Assembly (NCBI GenBank): GCA_040954595.2
Contig: CM082596.2
Coordinates: forward strand, 654,636-718,635
Source: Balanoglossus misakiensis
Lineage: Eukaryota; Animalia; Hemichordata
Direction of reading: 5' to 3'
DNA length: 64,000 bases
Part shown: one piece after another, positions 1 through 13,647 of the stretch
Layout: each line of letters starts with the position of its first letter
Position numbering within the stretch: the stretch's first letter is position 1
Translations under genes and position numbers: made by a program
The notes under the pieces: generated by a model
Told to the model about the DNA's origin: nothing
The model's database searches: none
The model's input: only the letters and a program-made list of their open reading frames with translations

Positions 1-92
1 TCGACGATTAACGCCAGGACATAATTTCGTTGTCCAGATCAACAAATTTAACCGAACCAATTCTACTTAGCATCACGCCGTGCCGAGCATCT

Positions 93-1091
93 CTAATTCG
101 ACTCATCACAACAGCATTGGCACGTTAAAAGCCTTCTCATGGTCGCTCGAAATTCGGCGAGTCTCAGGGTGAAGATTGTTGGGCCAGAGCTGTAGACGGC
201 AACCAGAAAAGTGACTGCGTAGAGAACAGTATACTCGTCAAGCAAAGACGGATTGAAGTATGCAATGTTAAGAAGGGTTATGAGAGGAAGCCAAACGATT
301 ACAAATATGATCATAGACAAATGAAAAAGTATGGCAAGTTTTCTCTGAGTGTTTGCCGACTGAGCAGCGGAAACGCTGTCACCATTTCTGTTTATAACTG
401 TCCTTTTCAATAAACGGATTAAAAGAGCCGCTATGATATGTCCGAAGATGTGACAGGGGATCACAATAACGAACATAAAAACGCAAAAATGTCCGAGTGT
501 TGGAACACCTAGAGGTGTACAGTGAAAATCACTGTCATCTTGGTTGTCCTGGTAACTGTTAAATCCCATAGCTGGGACGAAACTGAAAACAATGACTATT
601 ACCCACATTACCATGGCGACGGCGATCGCTCGTTTTATCAGGTTAATTCTCACACTGTCGAAAGGCCGCCTGAACTGGAAATTGAGCATGATCACGAAGA
701 TTAGAGTAGCCGTGGCGATAGCAGAGAGGGAGAGAACCAGAAAGCAGTATGCTAACACACACTTCCAGTAGTTGTAGAATTCACTAGCGAGTAGAATGGA
801 CAGCAGTATAGGCACCGTGACAGCAGCAGACAAAATACAGGCAGCTTCCACATTCCCTTGAAGGTATCCACCAACATGACGTAGTTGTGGATTGACGACG
901 AAGGCAATCAAAGAAAGAGTGCCGATGACGAGGTCGTACACGCAGATACATATGATGAGGACAGACAAGCCGATTCGGACTTCATGGGTGACGTCTGGCA
1001 CTTGTGTCCCATTGGTGAAATTGTCACCATTTCCCAAGAAACTGGTGAAAATTCCGGCGTTGCCATCAACATCCTCTTTGGTGGCGACCAT
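93..1091 (-). CDS. Class A (rhodopsin-like) 7TM GPCR, orphan/chemoreceptor-like paralog 1 (332 aa, intronless CDS)
   Basis: ORF 93..1124 opens at GTG; the first ATG is at 1091. Seven hydrophobic segments, N-terminal N-glycosylation sequons (NFT, NGT), Cys at the top of TM3 (YWKC) pairing with an ECL2 Cys (FHC), P-x-x-G-F-N after TM4, WLP in TM6, GPTIFTLR at TM7/helix 8, and a C-terminal Cys cluster (CQCC). Confidence 0.88.
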   Translation of the reverse strand: MVATKEDVDGNAGIFTSFLGNGDNFTNGTQVPDVTHEVRIGLSVLIICICVYDLVIGTLSLIAFVVNPQLRHVGGYLQGNVEAACILSAAVTVPILLSILLASEFYNYWKCVLAYCFLVLSLSAIATATLIFVIMLNFQFRRPFDSVRINLIKRAIAVAMVMWVIVIVFSFVPAMGFNSYQDNQDDSDFHCTPLGVPTLGHFCVFMFVIVIPCHIFGHIIAALLIRLLKRTVINRNGDSVSAAQSANTQRKLAILFHLSMIIFVIVWLPLITLLNIAYFNPSLLDEYTVLYAVTFLVAVYSSGPTIFTLRLAEFRATMRRLLTCQCCCDESN

Positions 1092-3053
1092 ATTCTTCGT
1101 GTGCTTGATATTTTCACGGGTCACACTTTAAAGACGCCTGACCTCAACGACTGGCGTACTTGCAAGGTGCCATGAAGTTTAATCGACAGTTGTTACAGTC
1201 ACTTGCTAGGCATTAAATCACGCCAGTAGGTGAGTGCCCGTATGCTGTCAGGGGGCAACAAGTGTAAGCTTGCCAATCATACGGGACAAATACTGATGAT
1301 ATAACCTCATTATGCAAATTCAGATAGGCCTAATGGTGTTCTAGCCAACGAAATAACTCCATCATAAGTCATCTATATCAACAAAAGCATTGCCTTTTCA
1401 ATATTTAGCCCTGTGTTTTAAAATATCAGCATTCACAGAATGCTAGGGACACTACACAACCAGACACCACCGTTGATATCAACCATAGACCCTGGAGTGA
1501 AACACCTGCCTGGCATCAACCTTGAATGACAAACATGTGTTTATCTTCATGTATAAAATGTGTTAACACGTACTTTCCCCAATAGCTTGCTATGATGATT
1601 ATACAGCTTACACAGAAAGAAGACTGAAGTGTACAAATGCTAAGTTACTGTTTTTCAACAATGCTTTGAATCACAAATATTTGGAAAGGTGGCTCCTTTC
1701 TGGTTGCCTGGTAACGTTGCCAAATGATGATTTTGATTCACGCGAATTAATAACGTTGAACGATCGTAACATCTCCAAAGTGCAGGTGGATGTACCTCCA
1801 TGAGACTAAATACACAGCGTTCATGGTTACATGTACCAAACAATTACAAGTTTGGTCACCTTAGAAACCACCGATTGGTTCAAAATCTGAAGTACCCAGC
1901 AAATGAATTACAGCAATAACAGCAAAATGTATGTAATAATTTCCAGACAAATATACAAAAGAAAAACTCAAACGATACCACATTCACAAAAAGATATATC
2001 CACAATATTTCTTTTCTGAGCATATCTCAGTTCACTTCATTTTTGATCTTTGACAGGATTAAAATAACTGAACCGAATAAAGACATTAATCAAATAGTTG
2101 GAATATTTATTAAACTATTTCTGGATTTCGCTCACAGCTATCAGGTCATGTGGGTGAACAACTAACTGTAAACGTTCAATAAATATACACCACATTTTTG
2201 ATCTCTTTTCTAGAGTGAGCAATGCAGTTCTGTGTTCTTGTTTGTTTCCATTACACGAACAAAAATCCTACGTGCTGCCTGTCATCTTTTATATTCTAAC
2301 AGCCATTACAAGCTGACAAGCAAAGGAATAATTGATTGTGCCACTGCATGTGTACCCAACTCGAATCAAGCGTCTTATATTTCAAATCCGAGAGTTGCCA
2401 AGTCACATCTACTGTTTGCCTTTGACTAACACAAAAGAAAGTAATTACTATTCACGGGCATCCAATGGCAGCAGAGCATGAGAACAGTGTTGTAAATCTT
2501 CAGTCACGAAATTCAATTTCGTTCTTTCCTGTGGGCATATAAGCTATTCGATATGCTGACTTATACATGCATGCTTTCAGAATAAGAATGCTTCCCTGCT
2601 GATTTCGGTCAATATATTTTGATATAATTCATGGTTTAGAAATACGTTACCCGCAGAATTACGCTGGATTACATTACCGAGGAAAATAAATATACATTAA
2701 AAATGTGGTGTCGAATTCTGACATTTTAAACCATATGTTAAAGCAGAATGCCACACAATGACAGTGTCTAACGATAGTGACATTTGTTGCAATGACAATT
2801 AATTAAGACAATAAATGGAAAGACTTCTGTAAACAAAGAGCACATTTCTCAAATTGTAAATTAATCTCGATAATGATGTAATCTTATTATCCCACCCTTT
2901 GTTCTCATCTCCATGGAAACTGTCTCATTGTTCCAATTTAATGTTGTCTATGATGTACTTTATATATAGTAGTTGTATACCCCAATCATTAAGCATTTAA
3001 TTGTAAGGTAACTATACCCACAGCGAATAACCATGTAGACTGTTAGCCACAGT

Positions 3054-4007
3054 TCACACTCGGTTGTCTTTGCATTTACAGGAGCAGACCATTCGACGTA
3101 TCACGCGTCTATTCTCTTCTAATCTCAAGCAATATGCCAATGATCCGACAGGACACACAATACCAAGGACAAGTGTTAACACTTTGAGAATCAAGTCCAG
3201 ATCGACGCATTCGCTGCAAAAGTACACAAGACTGGCCGTGACAAAGATAGGCACCCATCCAAAGACCAGAATGCAAAGAATGAGAACCAATGTAGCTGTG
3301 TTTCTGACAGATTTTCCCTGAATTACAGAGTTACATGGTAATGGTGCTTTGTAGGTGGCGTTGATTTGCCTGATGACTTTTCTGATTTCCAGGTGTGCTT
3401 TGAAGTAGATGGTGTAACTGACTGTGAGAAGGGGGACCAAGAGAAAGTACATCAACAACACAAAGTAGACTGTGGTTGGCACCAACAGTGGAAAACAAAG
3501 GAAGTCATCCTCATGGCGAATCTGCCAGTAGCTGTTCCATGGAGTAGCGGGAATGAAGGACAGTACCGCGCTGGATATCCAGGACGCCACTGAAGCTATA
3601 CAAAACCGCCTTGTGGTCACATCCAGCGACGCTTTGAAGGGATGCATAACCTGGTAGAAAACACATACTGCTGACAAAAGAATGTTGAATGCAAAACTTG
3701 TAAAGGTGAAGATAATGAAAGAGTTGACAACAACGCAGGCGGTATAGTTCTGGAAACTTTCAGGTGATCGAAGCATGGCGGTCAACAAAGGTACCGTGAC
3801 AGTTCCCGTTAGAAGAGTGGATCCCAACACACTGACGTGAATGTACTTCGTTGTTGGGTAAAGCCGTCGATTGAAAATAACAGCAGTTGTTGCAACCATG
3901 CCACCAATTAAAGTCAAAAGACTTGTCAACAACAGGAAAACAGTGGCGGGAATGGAGAGTGGAGAAACCGGAATGACTGTACAATTGGAAGCAAAGATTG
4001 CTGCCAT
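3054..4007 (-). CDS. Class A 7TM GPCR, paralog 2 (317 aa)
   Basis: The ORF track starts at GTG 4040; the first ATG is at 4007, just after a tctttcag acceptor. 7 TM segments with NYTAC (TM3), HPF (ICL2), PWNSY, FLCFPL, GWVP (TM6), YCLR, and C-terminal CSCKC. Confidence 0.88.
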   Translation of the reverse strand: MAAIFASNCTVIPVSPLSIPATVFLLLTSLLTLIGGMVATTAVIFNRRLYPTTKYIHVSVLGSTLLTGTVTVPLLTAMLRSPESFQNYTACVVVNSFIIFTFTSFAFNILLSAVCVFYQVMHPFKASLDVTTRRFCIASVASWISSAVLSFIPATPWNSYWQIRHEDDFLCFPLLVPTTVYFVLLMYFLLVPLLTVSYTIYFKAHLEIRKVIRQINATYKAPLPCNSVIQGKSVRNTATLVLILCILVFGWVPIFVTASLVYFCSECVDLDLILKVLTLVLGIVCPVGSLAYCLRLEENRRVIRRMVCSCKCKDNRV

Positions 4008-5040
4008 TACAAACTGAAAGATACAATAACTTAATTTCACCCAGGTAGCTTGAGGTAATCTAAAATTTATGGATGCAAATGTTGAATAAAAACCATTAAA
4101 ATGCTATTAGATGGAGCAATACTTAACAATATGAAAATTAGACAAACCAATTATTGATCACATGGACATTCAAGATAGCTTCTCTGCAGATTTTTCTCAG
4201 CGGTGTTTGTTCAGAGACAGATGAACTACCCTTATCACTTCTTGACGTGAAATCGATTGATTCAGTGTTAGTTCAGACTGTTGCAAAACATTCAAACACT
4301 CCGCCAAATGGTGGCATATATGTGTTAACGCAACAAACACAAACATATGAAGTTATCTAGTACAGTTCATGGAGCCAGGTTAATTTGTAGGAGACATTAT
4401 TTCTTGGTTCACCACACTGAATAAATTACATTGAGATCATGATCACTTCACACTAAATTTCAAGCATCAGGATGAGCCATTTCTTAGAAGACTTTGACAA
4501 AAATAACTACAAGATACAAATTTGAAGACTTTTCCACAAATTGAACCAAAACACAGTATGACTGACACACCAAAACAGACAGATAAAAGATAACGACAGA
4601 CAATCTGCCAATGTAATAAGCTCCGAGGGGCTAATGGCAGCACTTAGGATCGCCATGACATTTGTGAATGTTACAAAGTAAAATGATGGTCACGTGACTG
4701 AAAGCTTTGTATAGCCAGGCTGACACACACAGCCAACGGCGGAATAGGTCAACAAACATAATGGTATGATCTCAGAAATCAATGTTAACATATAATCACT
4801 CACTGATTTATTACTTTAATATAATAAGTCAGTCCTATAAAGCATGAATCTCTCTAATAAGTAATTGCACACTGATGTATTATTCCTGATATAAAAAGCA
4901 TGTAAAAACCTTAATGGAACAAATAAAAGTTCAAAGACAAGCGCTTTACTTTGCTATTGTGTTACCTTCTATCATTAGATAGAGCGACGGGGTGCAATGT
5001 ATTAGTAAAGATCATTTGTATGTATCTTGTCATATTAAAG

Positions 5041-5260
5041 GTGAGTGACGTCGCTTTGAGTCGCGCCAGTCCCTTCGTGTTGAAGCACGCTGCGTTTACA
5101 GGATCATCGCTCAATGGTTATCGGCATTTTATGCAATGACGTCACGCCACACTTCTCCCTCTCTGCCTCGATTTTACTGAAAGATCAGGATGTTACGTGC
5201 TAACAGTCACTTTGTGTCCCGTGTTTGCTAAACATCTTCTGTGGACGCTTGTGGTGAGTA
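5041..5260. promoter_or_regulatory. Putative shared promoter / non-coding first exon between head-to-head GPCR paralogs 2 and 3
   Basis: Locally CpG-rich, with a full CRE palindrome TGACGTCA at 5137-5144 and TGACGTCG near 5046. A + strand donor gtg|gtgagt at ~5254 matches the acceptor tttccctgtag at ~5731 before paralog 3. Confidence 0.4.
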
Positions 5261-5830
5261 TGGTTATGAAACAAACAATGAAATCAAAATGATTAATGCA
5301 GTAGACACAAAGAAAGATGTTGCTGGGAATTCTCAAACCAAGCTAGATAATATTTCCATGTTTTACAAAAGACTGACTTAAAGGCGTGTTAATTCTGTAC
5401 TTTAGTGTGAAGATGACTGTCTGGTTGAGGATGTTTATCCAGAATGTATTAGATTTGCTTAATGTGTATCAACCTCCTCCAAAAGAAATCAGCATCTTGT
5501 TGATGTTTTGGATTCCACAAGAGAGGACATGCTAATAATTAATGTGTTTATGCCTGCAATGGCGGTTCTAATCGACTGTTCAACTGTATTTCAATTTTAT
5601 TACTTTCTTGTTCCCTTGAACCATTATACTAGATTAATGGCCATAGAGTAGTCTGAATAACATCAATTATTCGAGGGGGATAAACTGTATCTTCACCATG
5701 GCCAACTGTTTTTGACTTGTTTTCCCTGTAGATGGTTTTGATGAGATTGTCCTACACAAGTGAATTCTTGGTGTCCACGTAGAGCACGGTTGCTGGAGAG
5801 ACACTGTTTGTGGTCCTCACCATTTCAATC

Positions 5831-6772
5831 ATGCCGGTGCCAACTTTACATATCGGAGGAACAGTCATCTATGCTTTTCTTTGCGTAGCAGTAGCGGGAT
5901 GTAGTCTGCTCATTCTTGTTGCAACAACCGTCAATAAGAGCAATCGGTCACTGCTGCAGTTTCTCTCCGCTCAAACTTTGTGTTCAAGTGTGGTTATCTC
6001 AATATTTACAGTCCCCGTTCTGATATGGATGTTGAATGTTCCGGCTAGCCATCAGAGTTACCAAGCCTGTGTCACTGCCGCCGGAGTGTCTGTGTTTTCC
6101 TTCACAGCCTGGGCATTCCATGTTCTGAACCTGGTCACTCATGCTCATTTGCATGTATTCTTCCCATTTCGGGCCGAATCAGACTTTGCCGTCAGGAAAT
6201 TTTATGTGGCGTCTGCCCTAATATGGCTATATGCTCTTCTGGCCGGGGCTTTGCCATTTGTGTGGAATAATTACAGTGATCGACAACACATGGATGGATT
6301 TCTCTGTTCACCACTGAATGTCCCAACGAAAGTCTACTTCATCGTGCAATATTATGGACTTATTCTGCCAACTATCTTGATAACATACACACTCGGGGTC
6401 AGGGTTATTTGGAAAGCGAGAGCGAGTGCACGACAGATACAAGCATTGGAAGAGGCTGGACGTCGCGTCAATCAAACCCCAGAAGGAGATAATTCCAGAC
6501 CGAAAAAGAATGTAACACATGTTTATGTTATGTTTTTGTTGGCGTTAGATATGCTCATTGGGGGATGGTTTCCAGTCCTTGCTATCTTGACGATCGTCTA
6601 TTTTTACCCATCCACCGCTAATTTGGAAGTCTGTGCTGTTTTATATCCCTTGTCTTTTATTTTTATCGCCATCGGCCCCGTTGCACATTCACTGCGACAA
6701 CAAGAAGTGTTGAGATCAATTAAAGCCCTTTTCAAATGTCAGTGTAAAAGCACTAACACTGTCAGTGTTTAA
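5831..6772 (+). CDS. Class A 7TM GPCR, paralog 3 (313 aa)
   Basis: In-frame TAG at 5780 upstream; first ATG at 5831. 7 TM segments with SYQAC, FPF, LPFVWNNY, FLCSPL, GWFP, GPVAHSLR, and C-terminal CQC. Confidence 0.88.
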   Translation: MPVPTLHIGGTVIYAFLCVAVAGCSLLILVATTVNKSNRSLLQFLSAQTLCSSVVISIFTVPVLIWMLNVPASHQSYQACVTAAGVSVFSFTAWAFHVLNLVTHAHLHVFFPFRAESDFAVRKFYVASALIWLYALLAGALPFVWNNYSDRQHMDGFLCSPLNVPTKVYFIVQYYGLILPTILITYTLGVRVIWKARASARQIQALEEAGRRVNQTPEGDNSRPKKNVTHVYVMFLLALDMLIGGWFPVLAILTIVYFYPSTANLEVCAVLYPLSFIFIAIGPVAHSLRQQEVLRSIKALFKCQCKSTNTVSV

Positions 6773-7996
6773 TCTGATGTGGCCAGAATCGAAATATGCT
6801 TTCACAGACTTCCGGTGTTTTAAAAATAATTTCCTGAGACACTGGTAAATTATTCAATCTAGATTAACTTGAGTAAATTAAAATGTCACAGAAACTGTGG
6901 GCTTAAAAACAGCAGGAGAGACAATAAAGTTTAAAATAGAGACATTTTACTGACACTAGAATCAGACAGACAGGCAAAAATAGCCTACATTCTATACAAT
7001 GTAAAAGTCCCAACAGGCTTTGTGTGATTACATTTCTACTCTACTGGAAATACAACACTTCACAATTCAAGTGTTAATACTAACGAATTCGTCTTCTTTC
7101 TGCTCGTTGCTCCACAACGTCTGTTATTTTCAATGTTACCTATCAAGATCCATCAGTTAATAGGATCACTAATTAGGTTGTTTGTAATGAACATAACTGA
7201 AATGCACATTCTAACAATGTTTGTATATCAGGTTAAGACCTTGTAAAAGACTGTGACGTTTGACTCGTTTCTTGGAGATAATGAAATGTGAAACATTGAA
7301 AATACACTTTGTGATGGTTGCAATGCTGTCAATGGCACGTAAAGCTTACAAAACACCTTTGATATGTTTTTCATTGTTTGCTGTTCTTTACAATTGACTT
7401 TAACGACCAACAGGGAGGTCACGATGTACATGCTAATGGACTCGGTCTTCAAATTGATGTTTGAAATTAAATACAACGATTGTCTGACTGTGCCATAAAA
7501 TTGTGAATGATGGCACAAAGCACAATATGAGTTCAGTATAGGGTTACATTGCGGACACTATATGTGTCTCTTCAATACAACATAATTAATAACACCGCTG
7601 CCATCAAAACACTGTACATAATACGTATTTCAAGCCATGTTAATAGCAGCAACATTGTTTGCGTTCAACGGTGACAATCAATCAGTGGATGTACATTGAC
7701 AGTTGAGAATGAATCACTGAGTCTTTTTTCTGCAATGCCTGTGGATCTATAGAGTGCCATCATTCCCAACACAGCCCCCTGGGGGTCTGGCAGTTGCCAT
7801 GGGAACCTCTGCATTTGCGGACAACGTCAAAGGCATCCGTCTACGTGGCTAGGAGAGTTAAGCATGTTTGATCAAAATGATCAGATTTAAGAATACGAAT
7901 ATCTCAGTGAGATATAGATTATCTCATCAAACATTACCGTGAATTTCAGATCTGTGTGCCGTGGAAAGAATGCAGTTTTTCTGTTCGTGATAATTT

Positions 7997-9034
7997 TCAT
8001 TTAATATGGTCACTCAGAGTCGCCACTCGATTGTTTCTTCTGTGAATCCTCAAGTGAATTTTCATGATAGTTTTCCGCCAACAATTTGCAGGGCTGAGGT
8101 AATATTGTATCGACTGGCGATGTTTCCGAACTCTCAATGTGTGGATTGGGGGACCAATAGCAGCCAGAGTCAAACAAACAGTAACCAAGGCCTGGCAGTA
8201 GAAATAATTCACCAGATCATCTCCAAAATACATGAAATTCAGTATGATAATTACTGGTATCCAGGCAACAAGCAGCAGATGTACCATAAGGACAAAGAAA
8301 ACTTTGTACCTGGACAGAGTTTGACCGTTGAGGACGCCATTCTCGCGAAATGTCCCACTACTGCGCAAGCTCCGAACTTCTCTTGTTTTCTTGTGCGCCT
8401 TCCAAAGTATTATAAAGGCAATGCCATATTGTATAGCCAGAACCGGAATCAGAACTATGTCAACAGTGGCGAAAAAATAGGGTAGAGTTGCTATTGTGAG
8501 TGGATTGCAAGTGAATTCTTGGTGGTCTTGTTCCAACCTGTACTGGTTCCATCCAATAGGCACCAGGCTTCCTACCAGAGAAATCAACCAAACAGTTGCC
8601 ACAGCAATGAAAGTTGCACGCGTCGTCTTGTTGAGAAACGATTTGACAGGGTGTGTGATCTTGTAATGCGAACAAGACACCGAGACGAGTAAGTTCAGAA
8701 CATAACTGATGAATGTAAAAATACATAAACATCCCACAAGCAAACAGGCGGCGTAACTTCTGAAAGAGTCCGGGTACGTCAGCATAGATGTGAGCATCAC
8801 ACAGCAAAGAGACATTAACAATCCAGAACTTAACAGACTGAGATCGTTCACGTAGGACACACTACGCTGGTGTTTTTCTAACAAGACTGATGCGAAACAT
8901 ATTAGTCCAAATATAGTGGATATGATGCAGATGATTAAGAGGCAGATGCTGAATGATATCGGTAGAGACGGATCTTCCTCAATATCCCAAGTACTGTTTC
9001 CGTCACTGAGAAAGACAACTGAGAAAGATTCCAT
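7997..9034 (-). CDS. Class A 7TM GPCR, paralog 4 (345 aa)
   Basis: ATG-initiated ORF with an NST sequon and 7 TM segments. Motifs SYAAC, HPV, PIGWNQY, FTCNPL, AWIP and GPPIHTLR are shared with paralogs 1-3. Confidence 0.9.
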   Translation of the reverse strand: MESFSVVFLSDGNSTWDIEEDPSLPISFSICLLIICIISTIFGLICFASVLLEKHQRSVSYVNDLSLLSSGLLMSLCCVMLTSMLTYPDSFRSYAACLLVGCLCIFTFISYVLNLLVSVSCSHYKITHPVKSFLNKTTRATFIAVATVWLISLVGSLVPIGWNQYRLEQDHQEFTCNPLTIATLPYFFATVDIVLIPVLAIQYGIAFIILWKAHKKTREVRSLRSSGTFRENGVLNGQTLSRYKVFFVLMVHLLLVAWIPVIIILNFMYFGDDLVNYFYCQALVTVCLTLAAIGPPIHTLRVRKHRQSIQYYLSPANCWRKTIMKIHLRIHRRNNRVATLSDHIK

Positions 9035-9712
9035 TTGATCCCTGGCGAAATACTGCTGTCGATGATTATTTACATGAATTCAATAAGATCAGACGACAAG
9101 CGAGCATAATCGTACCTTTTCCCGTGTCTGTATCGAAAACCGCTGGTGCAGTTGGCTGCAAACATTCGGATTTCAATCATTCAACGAGACTTAAATCAGC
9201 TTAGAATGCAACAGATGATATGTTTCGAGTGCGAAGCCAGCGTTCTTATGAAATGACCAAACTCCCAGCAATGACTTATGTTTCTTTCACGTGCATTTCA
9301 TCTCGTGGTACATATTGACACATACTATGTGGTGATATGCTCCTCTCACAAGAAGAAAAAAAAACGGATATCCCGACGTCAACTATCTTCGAATTTTCCA
9401 TGGAGAGGTTGGCCAACGCAGAGTACTGTACCACGGATTGTTTGACAAGTTCTCAATAATTTGCACATGACTTGAAATATCAACAAAACTAGACCTAGTA
9501 AGTTTAAGTACGCGTCATTAAGTAAAAGCGCAGCGGATATGTCTGTTTAGATCGATGAGTGCGTTGTTGCTATGCGGGATGATTTACTGATTGGTCGGTT
9601 CTGATGAAGGGATAAGTATTTCACATTAATTTTGCGCAAACGATGTTGAAATTAACAGGAAGCAGTAAAGTGTGTGAGTCAAAGCAAATATCACGTGAAT
9701 GGAACAATTCTG

Positions 9713-9767
9713 CGTGGCAGGGATGTATGTTGTTACCAGACACACATCCCTGCCACGTCGAGCTAGT
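9713..9767 (+). mobile_element. Helitron-like 3' terminus (hairpin + CTAG|T)
   Basis: Inverted repeat cgtggcagggatgtatgt / acacacatccctgccacg (17/18 bp paired, 9-nt loop, 9713-9757), followed 5 nt later by CTAG and T. The 5' end was not located. Confidence 0.4.
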
Positions 9768-10259
9768 AATTACAAGATCTTATTTATAGCCCTATTGGAA
9801 GTCAGTGACCTGGCTTATATTTAAAGATCTTTGCAAAAATCTATCTACGGTTTGGCAGGTTCTAATTGCCACAGTGCATTTTCATTGTAAGGTTTCAGGC
9901 ATAAAATTACATTTTTGCGTATGTGGGGTGACATTTTCATTCAAATTAATCCTTGACCCACAATATTTTTCATAATTTTAATTGCAAAACGATGAACAAA
10001 AGCATTAATCACTTAGAAAGAGCATGGTTGACTATAATATATGGGATCACGTGAAAGGATTATGCAAAATTTTCAATGTGTTTTTAACAAACAGAGCTGC
10101 GACGGTCATATGAGGTCACTGCCTTGGTCTGGTTTGTACATAATGCAATGAGGTTAATTATACAGTATGTAAATGAATGGGGTGATAGAAAAGGTTCAGT
10201 GAGGGCAGGTCATGTCAGGGACGCCATGAGCCTCAAGGACATATGTTGTGAAAACTAAT

Positions 10260-13647
<3,388 letters not shown>

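Noticed and set aside
522-8807. Antisense and alternative-frame ORFs overlapping the GPCR genes (e.g. 8006-8485)
   Set aside because: Shadow ORFs of the real coding strands.
93-9034. GPCRs as CCK receptors for the nearby precursor
   Set aside because: They lack the DRY/ERY and NPxxY motifs typical of peptide receptors, and resemble a divergent orphan expansion.
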